Part shown: positions 39,110 through 51,077 of the stretch, piece by piece
How the letters are laid out: every line of letters starts with the position of its first letter
Position numbering within the stretch: position 1 is the first letter of the stretch
Assembly: GCF_006345805.1 (NCBI RefSeq)
Contig: NC_043014.1
Coordinates: forward strand, 31,062,001 to 31,126,000
From: Octopus sinensis
Taxonomy: Eukaryota
Direction: 5' to 3'
Length of the DNA: 64,000 nucleotides
Program-made: the position numbers and the translations under genes
The notes under the pieces: generated by a model
Seen by the model: only the letters and a program-made list of their open reading frames with translations
Database searches by the model: none
What the model was told of the DNA's origin: nothing

Positions 39110-39317
39110 GAGTTTCTTGGTGACCTCACTAGTGTTGGTGCCATGAAGAAAAGGCAACCAGTACACTCTGATGTGGCTGGCATTAGGGAGGGCATCCTAC
39201 TGTAGAAACCTTACCAAGGCAGACAAAGCAGCTCAATGCTGTCCTCTAGCTCACCAAATCTTGTTGAACTGTCCAACCCATGCCAGCATGGAATACAGAC
39301 ATTAAAGGATGATGATG
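39110..39317 (+). mobile_element. RTE-type LINE 3' tail
   Basis: CTTGGTGACCTCACTAGTG...GGCATTAGGGAGGGCATCC...CCAACCCATGCCAGCATGG...GATGATG. Confidence 0.8.
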
Positions 39318-41497
39318 TAAAGACATAAATATATACTGTAAAAATATGTTTAACAATGCAGAGATAGTTAATCTTATTAAAGCCTTTTAAGTTTTATTCC
39401 CGACTTTCTTTAAATCTCTAGGTTAACTGCCTCTTTGACATTGTCTACATCAGAATGGTCTGTCTGCAGTCTGGCATGGATCAATGTAATCATGAATAGA
39501 TCAATGTGATCATGATGTTGTCATTTTCCGTTTTATTGAGATAGTCTTAAGTACACACTATTAACTGAGCAGGTTTCTTTAGTTTAGAGCAGTACACTAT
39601 AAATTCAGAGTAGGCATGGTGACTATCATGTAACTTTATACCACAGCAACAGTTCTGTCTGCTTCAGAGAAAAATTTTGTGGATTACTTCATTCCAGACA
39701 ACTGTTGTATATTGATTGGTTAGAGACTGAAGTACCCATGCGACTGGCTAGTTTCTTCACATTTGTATTGATTGGTTCATTGCAGGCTAAAACATTGGCT
39801 CTACTGGTCATTTTTTAAACATTCAATATTGATTGGTTGCAGTTTAAAACATTTGTGTTACTGGCCAGTTTCAGTTCCTCTAAGTTCTTTATTGATTACT
39901 GGCCAAAACTGACCAACTCCTATCCACCTGCTCAGCATTAATTGGTCAGACTTAAATACCACCTTAATTGTTTGTCATTTCATCAAGTCCATTAAAGTAC
40001 CCATTGTGTTCTTACTATCATGTATTGATGACACAACTAACTATTCACTTCTCTCTACCACTTTCTGCTTACTTTATATCTTTGACCCACGTTAGTGACC
40101 ATGGCTGCCAGAGGTTTCAGGTTCAATTCCAAAGTCAATCACTTTGAGGAAAATATCTTTAACCATAACACTGTGTTGATCCAGACTTTGCACATGAAAT
40201 TGTGTAGACATAAATGTATGGAACCTAATCAGATGGACTGTTCTCTTAATTCAATGAACCATCCTTGTTACAAGCTGTGGAACACTTGACCACTTGGACT
40301 GTAATAGATAGTTGAGTTGAAATATTTTTTTGCTGAAATGAACAGAGATTCATTTATTTACATTACTCACCATTTTCCGTCTATTCATCTGAACACACCA
40401 ATATAAATTCCTCAACAGGAGTCATATCTACATTAGTATTTAAAAACAATAATAGCAAGTTTCAACAAGCACACTAAAATATCAGCAAGCTCTTGAGAGA
40501 GTTTTAAATCTAGTTTTACTGTAACTATTTCTTCAATATATTAGTATTTAAACTGGCCAGATCTAGCCTTTCATGCCTACCCTACATTGTCATTCTAAAA
40601 ATAAACAATCAGGTCATTGGAATCTTAAAACTATGAGATAATGCATGATTAATTCAAAACAATGTGAATAAATAAGCATTACAGCTGACAGTAATTTGAA
40701 TACCAAAGGATTAAAACTGCATCACCAAGTGTCTTTGAGGAGAGTCTGAATGTCCTTACATAGGGATCATTTGTCAGTGCCAGTAATCAATAATGGTAAG
40801 TTCTATATATTTACACTATTAATTCATTAGTTTGGCACAATACCACAAGTCATAAGGGAGGGGATGACAGCCAGTTGTATTGACCCAAATACACAGTTTA
40901 AAATGATGTCCACTTATTGTATTGACCTCAAAAAGAGTGAAAAGCAAGTTTGATCTTGGTGGAATTTTAACTCTTTAAGTAAATGATGCTATGAACTGAT
41001 AAGGTTCAGTTCCCTAGTGTTTTCGCCACTAAAAAGAACAGGAGCCAATGATAAATTATTATCATTATTATTATTATTATTATTAAAGAGTAGAGATCTA
41101 AATGATCCTAGCAATTAACTTAGTTACATGCCAACATATATCATGTGAGTAGGGTATTCAGTAAGATTACAGAAATACTCCCAATCATGAAATGATGTGG
41201 CTACTTAATAATGTAAAGTTATGTAATATGCACTATTGAATAAATAAGCACACTATGGACAAATTTGAGCTGTCCTCTCTTGTTTCTTTATGATATATAT
41301 GACTAAAATTCTTCAGAGTGGTGCTCCAGCATGACCTAGTTTGATGATTGAAACAAATATAAAAGAATACACAAACATGTGTGTGTGTATGTATGTATGT
41401 ATGTGTACACATACACACACACACACCACACACACATTAATAAACATATTTGTGAATATTGTAACATTCTCTAGGGTTCTACTTTCAAAAACCTTAA

Positions 41498-41722
41498 CTC
41501 TTCAGCATTCAGATTAGTCTGAGATGTAATACTTATTTTATCACATTATTTTGAATAAAACTATGTATTGTATGTATTACTTTGTAGCTTTGAGATTTTG
41601 ATGTTATTGTTTATCTGTAGAATGACATTGTAGGGTAGGTATGAGAAGCCAAATCTGGCTGGTTTGAAAAGAAAGCAGGTAGAATATTTAGGACAGGTAT
41701 GACCAGCTTAAATGCTAAAGGG
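41498..41722. mobile_element. TTAA-type MITE, family 2
   Basis: TTAA|CTCTTCAGCATTCAGA ... AAATGCTAAAGGG|TTCT (right TSD mutated). Confidence 0.75.
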
Positions 41723-42439
41723 TTCTTTTGAAATAGGATTTTTTAAATGTATAGATTGTGAGGATTTTTTGTTTATATTTTTATATTATTCATTAGGTTT
41801 TGTAATGTAAGGTGTTAGGTCCTAGCAGTAAATGGAACTTGTGTGTGTAAGGGAGTATTTTGACTCTCTACCCTTTTTATACAGACTAGTCATAGTTCTG
41901 TCACCATGCTGCCGAATAACAACCGAGTCAAGATGAAATAGTTCCTTCAGCAGAACCTTACTACAATGACAACATTGATATCCTCAACAACAACTTGTTT
42001 TGTTTTGCTTTTTGGGGGTTGGGGGTTTCTTGAAACAATTTTTTATTCTATCTTTCACACACGTACTCCCCCCCTCTCTCTCTCACTAATTTCTCTCTGA
42101 GCAACAACTTTTTCTCCTATCCTTTTTCTAAATAAAAGTTGTGACAGGGGTTATATCCCCTGTTGATTCCTCCCCTTTTCCCCTCCCTTTAAATAAATGT
42201 GATGCTCAGACAGATGAAGATGAGCTTCTCTTTTATATGATTGACATTGCTGGTACTAAACAAAAAAATTGTTTTGTAGGAAAATTAACATACTGGAATG
42301 TTGTTCCATCTCATGTCAGACCAGGTTCAACAGACCTGAGAACAAAAGTATTTTAGTCGTAGCCAAACAATAATGTTTTTCTTTTCTTCTTTTTCTTTTT
42401 TCCTCTGTCAGACATAGTATATCTCATTCCACATCATCC

Positions 42440-42840
42440 AATATGTTCTTCCTTTCTAAAGATGATAGAGTGGATTTGACAAAGACATGGTTGTTATTTC
42501 TGACAGACTGGAGACATACAGTGGCACTCCATTGGTTATGGCAACAAGGATTCCAGTTGATCCAGTTAACAGAACAAGCTGCTTGTGGAATTAACTTGCA
42601 AGTGGCTAAGCACTCCACAGTTCTTCGCATACCCTTAGTTCTCATAGAGATTCATTGTGAAACAGAATTTGACAAGGCTGGTCCTTTGGAATACAGCTAC
42701 AACTCATTTTTGCCATTTGAGTGGACTGGAGCAACATGAAATAATGTGTCTTGCGCAAGGACATGGTGCATCGCTGGGAATTGAACTCCTGACCTTATGA
42801 TTGTGAGCCAAATACCCATTCTACTTAGCCACACATCTTC
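42440..42840 (-). mobile_element. Family-C tRNA-derived SINE
   Basis: Minus head GTGGCTAAGTAG...GGAGTTCAATTCCC...CCTTGCGCAAGACAC and body homologous to 45040-45250. Confidence 0.75.
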
Positions 42841-43145
42841 ACTAACAGACTAATCCAACGCATAGAGGCACTTTACTTGTTTCAATGGTGTTGATTATGC
42901 TGGTGCAGCAGCTGTTGAATCATTTAATTGGATGTGAAGAATATGTAGTTATAGTAGCTCCTGTAACTGATGCTATTACTACTACTAATACTGCTGTTGC
43001 TATTGGTGTTTCCCATGATGATAGTGGTGGTGTTGAGTGATTTATATGAGAGTTTTATGTTTGTTTTCAGATTTAGGATGGATGTGAATGTTTGCCAGTG
43101 TTCTCTAGGTGTGTGGCTTATTTTCTTGTTTATGTCTTTTCATTT

Positions 43146-43191
<46 letters not shown>

Positions 43192-43324
43192 TCCATGTCT
43201 TTATGATGGGTTTGGAGTTCTTAATAATATTGGCAATCTCATTTCTGTACTTAGAATTGTATTTTTGCATTTGGCATTTTGGAATTGCTTTCCTTTTGGA
43301 TGCTTCATAACTAAACTAATTGTG

Positions 43325-43560
43325 TGTGTTGTGTGTTTGTAGTTCAGGATTTCTCTTTGCTAACATTTGGTTTAAGATTCAATTCCACTATGTGACTCTT
43401 TCATCGAGTATGTTCAACACAAGTTTGTTGGCCCAAGTGGAATTTGTTTGGTGGAAACTGTGTGGAAGCCTGTTGAATGATAGACTTAATCCATCATCCA
43501 GATTAACACAACCACAAAACACTTGGGTGTGCCTTTAGCAGAGTCAGCTCTGTGGTAAGC
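43325..43560 (+). mobile_element. Family-B SINE head (degenerate) followed by (TG)n
   Basis: GATTCAATTCCACTATGTG...GGAATTTGTTTGGTGGAAACTG. Confidence 0.55.
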
Positions 43561-43602
43561 ATTTGTATCTGAGTATAGCTTCCTATCTGTGTGTGTGTGT
43601 GT

Positions 43603-43644
<42 letters not shown>

Positions 43645-43648
<4 letters not shown>

Positions 43649-43847
43649 AAGTTAATCCAAACATGAAAACACAATAACGCGAGGACGTGGAACAAATATA
43701 GTATTATTGGACGCTCAGGAAGGAGGGAAAGAAGGAGGGTTTAACGTTTCGAGCAGAGCTCTTCGTCAGAAACATAGGAAAAGGAAAGATCCAAAGAAGG
43801 GAAGACGGAGGAAAAAAATCGACAACGGTACACATGTGGTCACATTT
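43645..43847 (-). mobile_element. Penelope-like element terminal (pLTR) fragment
   Basis: CpG-rich 200-bp insert between (TG)n and (TA)n that carries a minimal hammerhead motif. The assignment rests on the known PLE-hammerhead association. Confidence 0.6.
43739..43773 (-). ncRNA. Minimal type I hammerhead ribozyme motif
   Basis: Minus strand GUUU-CUGACGA-A-GAGC-UCU-GCUC-GAA-AC-GU-U-AAAC: core CUGANGA and GAAA, 4-bp stem II, 4-bp stem I (GUUU/AAAC), palindromic ACGU stem III and a GUU cleavage triplet. Confidence 0.75.
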
Positions 43848-45039
43848 ACATATATATATATATAATTATTATTATTATTATCATTATTATTTTTGTTATT
43901 AAAAATGGATTGAATGTCATTTTTTTTTTATCATATGCATTGTGTATCATGCAGCTGGTGAGTTTGTGTGTGTATGTGTGTGTGAAATATAAATTTAGCC
44001 AGTTTTAATCAGTGTGTTTTAGAGGCTGCATTGTCCTTATGTTTTAATCTGATGATTGATCATAGCTGATGAATGACAACAATCTTTCCATCAACATAAC
44101 CACAACTAAAACTATTGCTACCACCACTACCACTGCCATCGTTTCCACAACCACCACCACCAGCACCACCACCACCACCATCACCACCTTCTGTTGAATC
44201 ATCTTTGTGATTTGTGTTTTACATTAACAAAACAAGCTCTCTTCCTTATTTTTTCTTCGTTAACTTATCTTCCTCTTCTCCCTCCTACTCGTTTTCTTGC
44301 TTACAATCTCTCCAGTGCCTCATTACCCTGTTTCTTGTCACCATGCCACTTATACTTGGACAGAACTCCCTTGGATATTTCCAGTCAGACAGAATTACAT
44401 GAAGTTCTAATCGAATTGCTCTGCATGATCCAAAGTGAGAGCGGCGTCATAAAAATTAGTCTCTTGGTTTGTATGCAGGCAGAAGAAAATTGTGGTGGTG
44501 GTGGTGGTGGTGGTGATCATCATCATCAGCAACAACAACCAGTATTCTTGATGTCATTTCCGATTTCTCAGCTTATGAGAATGGCAGCTGGTTGAGGTTA
44601 CCACCTTGAATCAGTGGATGGGTTTATCACTGTGTTAAACACAATGACCAGTTTCTGTTTTTACTTCATTTTTTTGTTGTTTTTTTTTCTCTTTTGCTTG
44701 TTTACTCAGATGACCTATCATTGTTTTATAGTCCTGCTTCTTCCTTCTGATCCAGCAGATTTGTAACACATAGGTAGCCAATCAAATATCAGTTGGGTTT
44801 TTTTTGTATTTTTAGCATTTGTGTTTGAGAAGGTGGTCAGCAGGTGCAACCTGTGCACTGTATATGAGGGTGGTAAGCAGGTGCAGTCTATGTGCAGTTA
44901 ATGCATATGGTGCTGTTTGCTGTTGAATAATAGCCACAATTTGTGTTGGATCTAATATATTGTTTGAACATTTAGTAACTATAATTTTAATGTTTCTTTC
45001 TGTTGGGTTAATCATTGTGCCAATGAGTCATCTTAATGA

Positions 45040-45250
45040 ATTTCAGTTCACTCAGCTGGCAAAAATGACCATTACCTGTAATTCAAAGGTCCAGCCATGT
45101 CACAGTCTGTGTTATGCTGAATTTCCCTGAGGATTATGTTAAGAGTATGCATGTCTGTTGAGTGCTCAACCACGTGCACATTAGTTTCATAAGCAGGCTG
45201 TTCTGTAGAGCAGATCAATTGGAACCCTCATCATCGTAACTGACAGTAAA
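45040..45250 (+). mobile_element. Family-C SINE body (headless, diverged)
   Basis: CAGTTCACTCAGCTGGCAAAAATGA...CAATTGGAACCCTCATCATCGTAACTGAC, homologous to the reverse of 42515-42720. Confidence 0.7.
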
Positions 45251-46003
45251 TTTCTATATTAATTTGTGGTCTGTGTTATATCCTCTACATCTGGTATGAA
45301 TATTGTGGTTGTTAATTATTTGTATTTTATTTTCTTGTTTCTGTTGGTGAATGTTATGCTTATGTTCCATAGTATGATACTTGAGTGAATAGTTCTTCAT
45401 GATTCTTGGTGTTTTGGGTCCATTTAGTTTTTTTACTGGTTTCAGTCATTACCCAATGTGTCCCATCTTTTCCCAAAATGATACAGGATGATTTGAAGGA
45501 AATACATAGGAAGTTATGCTCAGATATAGTTATAACTAACTAGCAAATACCACAATAATTACAGATTGTCAGCATACTCTCCTTTCAATACTCTAACATG
45601 TTAACATACTGTTTGTAGTGGCACTGTTGCTAATGTTTAACTATACAACACAGTTATCTTTTTCTGAAATTAGAGCAGTTTGATTTGAGCAAGATTTAAT
45701 TGCTGTTTGTAGCATGTCAAGTAACCACAAAGAAGGTATCATTGTTTTTTTGCAGTATTTAGTCTGGAGAACTGGAGTGGTGAGATGGATTAAGTATTAA
45801 ACTGATAACAGGTTGTGAGTTCACATCTGGCTGAAGGCATGTTTTCTGTGAAGAATCTGCTATTTTGGTCTTCATTGCCTCAGTGGTCCAGCTGGCTGCC
45901 AGGAATAGACAGGTGCCAAATAATTCAGGAATTATACCAATGTTAGACCAGTATTGTATCAAAAAGAAGATTAGTCTAAAAGGATTAAACACTACCCACT
46001 TAA

Positions 46004-46199
46004 CTCTTTAACATTCACATTATTCTGTCAAATATGATACTTACTTATCCACATTCTTTTGAATTAATCATAGCATCAAGATGTTGATAATGTGATTGTT
46101 TCTTTTAAGAATGATATGTATGAGAGGTTGGATCTGTTTGGTTTGAACATATAATGGAGAATATTTGGGCTGGAAGTGACTAGTTTAAATGCTAAAGGG
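46004..46199. mobile_element. TTAA-type MITE, family 2
   Basis: TTAA|CTCTTTAACATTCA ... AAATGCTAAAGGG|TTAA. Confidence 0.85.
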
Positions 46200-46419
46200 T
46201 TAAAAGACCCTCTCAAGATTATTATTATTATTATTTTGATTTTAGTTTTATTTTATCTTGCAGTTACTCGTTAAACATTTCAGATAGATCAATCGTTTGT
46301 TCACTGCTTTTCCTAATGTAAGGAATAACAAGGGACTTGCTAAAGCATCTTTTGGGGGAGGCAAAGAATGCTTTGCTGTTGGTGTTCTACATTCCTTGCC
46401 AAATATATTGGTGAAATAC

Positions 46420-46600
46420 CCCCTCCCCACACACACGTGATGGGCTTCCTCACAGTTTCCCCTTTATCAAACTTCATTCATAAGACATTGATCAACTTGA
46501 AGCTATTATAGAAGACACTTGCCAAAAACCCCATGAAGTAGGATTGAACCTCAGATCAATTGGTTGTGAAGCAAACTCTGTAACTACAGAGTCATGCTTG
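46420..46600 (-). mobile_element. Family-B SINE head
   Basis: GATGGGCTTCCTCACAGTTTCC...GAAGACACTTGCC...GAAGCAAACT. Confidence 0.65.
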
Positions 46601-46838
46601 CACTCATTTATACACAATAAGTTATGCATCTAATAAATGGTGAGGCCATCGATAGCCATGAAAGATGTGAGTACTATGCAATTCATTTTTGCATATTGTC
46701 TTTTGAAAGCCTATTTTCTGTAATGTTCTTCTATATTGTCATTTCATCAAAAGAACTTTTTAGAATAGTATTCTTGTATGGGTCAGGAGGCAGGGTACAG
46801 CAGTTGCTTAGAAACACTACAAATATGAATTTGCTCAC

Positions 46839-46940
46839 CAAAGTTCTAGACTTGATACTGAAGCATGTTCCTGCCTGTGTTGTGTGTGCTAACTGTTGCT
46901 CAGATGCAGGTTGGCTCATGTTTGCAAACTTAGGCTGTAC
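46839..46940 (-). CDS. Candidate 102-nt phase-0/0 exon (VQPKFANMSQPASEQQLAHTTQAGTCFSIKSRTL)
   Basis: Acceptor TTTTGACTCAGTTTCATTATTCAAACAG|G and donor TTG|GTGAGC; only frame 0 is open; unique non-repeat sequence; no homology recognised. Confidence 0.2.
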
Positions 46941-47669
46941 CTGTTTGAATAATGAAACTGAGTCAAAAGGCCTTCTGTTCCCCTCTTTCCACCTCATTAT
47001 GTCTTTTAGACTCTCTTCCATTTCTCTCTCTTTAACCTACCACATTCTTTGTGTTATTATTAATCTCGTTTTGTTTCTCTCTCTTTCTTTCCTTCACTTT
47101 TGTACACACAGACACACACTCAATGCGTTTTTGTTTCTACATAAACTTGACTATAAAATGTATCTTACATATATACGTTCTCAGTCACACAGACTCTTGT
47201 TTGCTTGTATTGTTACACACACACACACACACACACACTCTCTCTCCTCTCCCTATGCATACACACACCCACACATCTGTGTTTTCACAACCACACACAC
47301 ACACTAATAGTCTCAGGATTTCATGTGGATTCTGCACAATGGTGTGTGTGTGCATGCACACATCTGTCTAACAGACACGTTCGCAAACTATGTCTCATAC
47401 ATTGAGCAGTATTTAAGCATTAATGTGTTGAATACTGCTTTAGTAATGGAGCAGTCAACACATGCACCTTTGCACATGGTTTGGAGACACATATGCATTT
47501 ATGCAATGATTTTGTATATAACACAAGTTCAGTTGACCACCTACAATTGTCATCATGATAAAATCTAAGGACATCTTCCCCATATAAACACACATCAATA
47601 ATAAAGCATCAAGAAATTAGACGAAAGAAATAACAAAGAAAAACTGGAAGCTGGCAAAAATTTGTCTCT

Positions 47670-47798
47670 AAGCTAAAACAAAAGCATGGTTCCAGGTTCA
47701 GTCCCACTGCATATCACCTTGGACAAATGTCTTCTACTATAGCTTCAGGCCAACCAAAACCGTGTGATTGGATTTGGTTGACAGAAACTAAAACAAGC

Positions 47799-47844
<46 letters not shown>

Positions 47845-47878
47845 ACATGGCTGGACCTTTGAATTACAGGTAATGGTC

Positions 47879-47936
<58 letters not shown>

Positions 47937-48190
47937 CATACATACATACGCATGCACGCACACATTTTATACACACACACAAATACATGTATGTGTGTTT
48001 GTCTTTGTGTTTTCCTCACCTCCACTGATAACTGGTGATGGTTTGTTTACCTCCTTGTAACTTAGCAGTTTGGCAAAAGGGACTGATAGAATAAGTACCA
48101 TGCTAAAAAAATTGGTTCTGGGGTTGATTTGTTTGACTGAAAAAGTTTGTGCCCCAGCATGGCTGCAGTCAATGACTGAAAGAAGTAAAA
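47670..48190 (+). mobile_element. Family-B SINE, full length, with expanded central (TA)n containing a 41-bp foreign insert
   Basis: Head GGTTCCAGGTTCAGTCCCACTGC, core CCTTGGACAAATGTCTTCTACTATAG, tail GATAGAATAAGTACC...GACTGAAAGAAGTAAAA. Confidence 0.85.
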
Positions 48191-50599
48191 TCTAAAGTAA
48201 TTGATGATGTGGTTAAGAAGTTCACTTTGTAATTATGTGGTTCTCGGTTCAATCCTACTGTGCAGCACCTTAGGTAAATAAATTCTACTTTAATGTTTAG
48301 TCAATTCAAACTTTGTCAATAAAATTGGCTTAACAGAATTGAAGAGTGAAAATGGGCTGATGGACTTGTTTTTTTAGCACTAACTGTCTAGTAATCAGGA
48401 TGAAGGTCGGAGTCAGTATTTTCAACTATCTCTACTTCCCCATGATCTTGTCCCTATATGTAAATATTGTCGTTGTTATAAAAAACTGTTATTGTTATTA
48501 TTTTGGTTATTACTGTTATTATTATTTGGGTGATGGCTTGGAAGAATTGTTAGAGCCTCAGACAAAATGCCTTGAAATATTTAATTCCAGTTCTTTTTCA
48601 TCCTTTCAGGGCACCATGAAATAAATTGACTTCAGTTAGTTGACTAAATTTTCTGGCCTTCTGTCTAGGTCATAAATTAGGCTTTTTGCCCATAGTAGGA
48701 AAAAAGTTATAATGTTTTTGAAGTAAAGAAAAAATTTACCTCTGTCCCCCCCCACACATACACTCTCCATCACATGAAACTTTTGGTGAGTCTCTCAATT
48801 CCTTTGTTGGTGTCATTGTTGAGACCTGTGTTATCCTTGATCATGCACACCTGTGAATGATAATGTTCCAGGTGTGACTAACCTCCCCTAGGTTCAGGTA
48901 AGCATAGGTTGTCTAGATTACATTACCCAATGTATCCTTTGTTTTGTATTTCTTAAAGACAGTTGTGTATAATTTTCAGGGAGATTTGGCCGCTATGTCT
49001 AGCATATTTAGTGACCACATAGAGGGAAGGAGAAGAGGCTCCCTTCACATTTATTGGAATGCAACATGTTTAAAATTACTGAAACTCAGTTTTATGTAAT
49101 TATTATGTGGAACATAAAACACAACTTACACAATGAAATTAACTCTTAAACATTTAAACCAGCCATACCTGGCCCGAATATTCTACCCATTTTATGTTCA
49201 AACTGGCTGGATCTGACTTCATACCTACCCTACAATGCCAAATTTGTAAAAATCACATCATTGAAGTCTTACAGCCACAAGATAATGCATGATTAGTTCA
49301 AAATAATTTGAACAATTCAGGGCTTGATTAATTACTACTCATGTACCGGGATTGATCTAAACCCCATCACCACCAGATATCAAGTCCTGTGCCTAAGTTA
49401 GAAATCATTATTGGTAATCTTTGATAGTGACCGAACAAGTAGGATGTAAAACTAAATCAGTTTCAGTCTGTTCTGAGTTCAAATCCTGGTGCAGTCAACA
49501 TTGCATTTTATTTCTCTGAGGAAGACAAAAGTGCAATAACATAAGTACCAGTTACATTCTATGTTCAGTTCAAACAACTATACCTTCCATTCCCCGCTTT
49601 TTATAAATTTGTATCCCCTCTGTCCTTGTACCATTGTGCAAAATCAATATTAGAAAAAGAAATAGCAACAGCCTGTGAATGTTTTTTCAAAGCAAATCTC
49701 CACGTTGCTGCAATAATGCCTTTCCCAGTGACATTATTTACTTCTGTTACTGCTGTCTGACCATCACCACCACCACCACCACCACTGCTGCTGCTGCTGC
49801 TAATGGTGCTACCATTACCACAATCTTCATTGTCATTGTTTTGTCTGCCGCTTATATCAACTGAAGATGACAGTAGATGAACATTTAAATTTACTTTGTG
49901 TATCTTCTTTGCAAACTCTGTGTGCATGTGCATATGTAGATGTGCATGTCTGTGCATATGTGTGTCTGTGCATCTGTCTGCACACATCAGCAAGTGTTTG
50001 TGTGCATTGTTGCATCATTGTGAATTTGGTTTAAAGTTAGCTTTAAGTAAACTAATCAATGAATGATTTTGTGCAGCAGAGAAATATTTTTAAGGTCAGT
50101 GCAGCAGCAGCAGTGGCAGCAGCAGATGTTGCTGCACATCATCATCAGCGGCAGCAGCAGTAGCAGGACTGTTTGTATTGACAGCTAGTAGACAAAGCAA
50201 AAGAGTGATGACTACTTGAAGCGGTGGGGATGCGGACTGGGGGAGAGATTATGGAAGTGGTGGTCATAGCAAGATTGTGGTACTGGCAGTAGTGTTAGTG
50301 ATGGTAGGAGCAGCTGGTTGTAATAGCTGTGGTTAGTGATGTGATGTGTTGCTGGTGTCTGCTAAAGAGAGATTGCGGTGGCGACAGTGGTGTGTACTAA
50401 TGGGACATAGTGGTTGTAGTGGTGGTATGCATTGAGGTGACGCTGTTGTTGTGGCAGTGGTTGTAGTGTTGGTGGTTGTTGGCATTATTGGAGAAGTATT
50501 TTCTGTGGAATCTTGGTAACATCTGTGGAAAATGATACAGCTGTTTCTTGATGGGAGGTGGGGTGAGGGTTAGAGTGTCCGTTTTTACCTTTTACATTT

Positions 50600-50985
50600 T
50601 GCTGGTTTCAATCATTGGACTGCAGCCACGCTGGAAGCACTGCCTTAATGGGTTTAGTAGAACAACAAATCGACCCAGGTAATTATTATTTTTAAACCTG
50701 GGACTTATTCCATCCGTCTTTTATGCTGAACTACCAACTTAAGGGGACATAAGCAAACCAACACCAGTTGTCAAGTAGTGGCGGGGGGCAAACACATACA
50801 CAAAGACTCACACATACGCACGCACGTGTATATGATGGGCTTCTTCAGTTTCCACCTACCAAATCCGCTCACAACCCTTTTGGTTGGCCTGGGGCTATAG
50901 TAGAAGACACTTCCCCCAAGGTGTCATGCAGTGGGATTGAATCTTGGACTATGTGGTTGGAAAGCAAACTGCTTACCTCGTGGTA
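50600..50985 (-). mobile_element. Family-B SINE
   Basis: Colinear with other B copies in reverse. Confidence 0.82.
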
Positions 50986-51077
50986 CAATTTGAACCTAGA
51001 ACATAAAGATAGATGAAATGCCGCTAAGTATTTTGCCTGGTGTGCAAATGATTCTGCCAGTTTACCACCTGAATGAT

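Noticed and set aside
46624-47307. 227-aa plus-strand ORF
   Set aside because: No recognisable domain; the last third is CT/CA microsatellite; an overlapping antisense ORF is also open; no splice or codon support.
49601-50522. Low-complexity minus-strand ORFs (poly-S/G, Thr-rich) suggestive of a transcription factor or mucin exon
   Set aside because: Built from (CAC)/(CTG)/(GTG) trinucleotide runs; every frame is interrupted by stops between 50.0 and 50.4 kb; no conserved domain.
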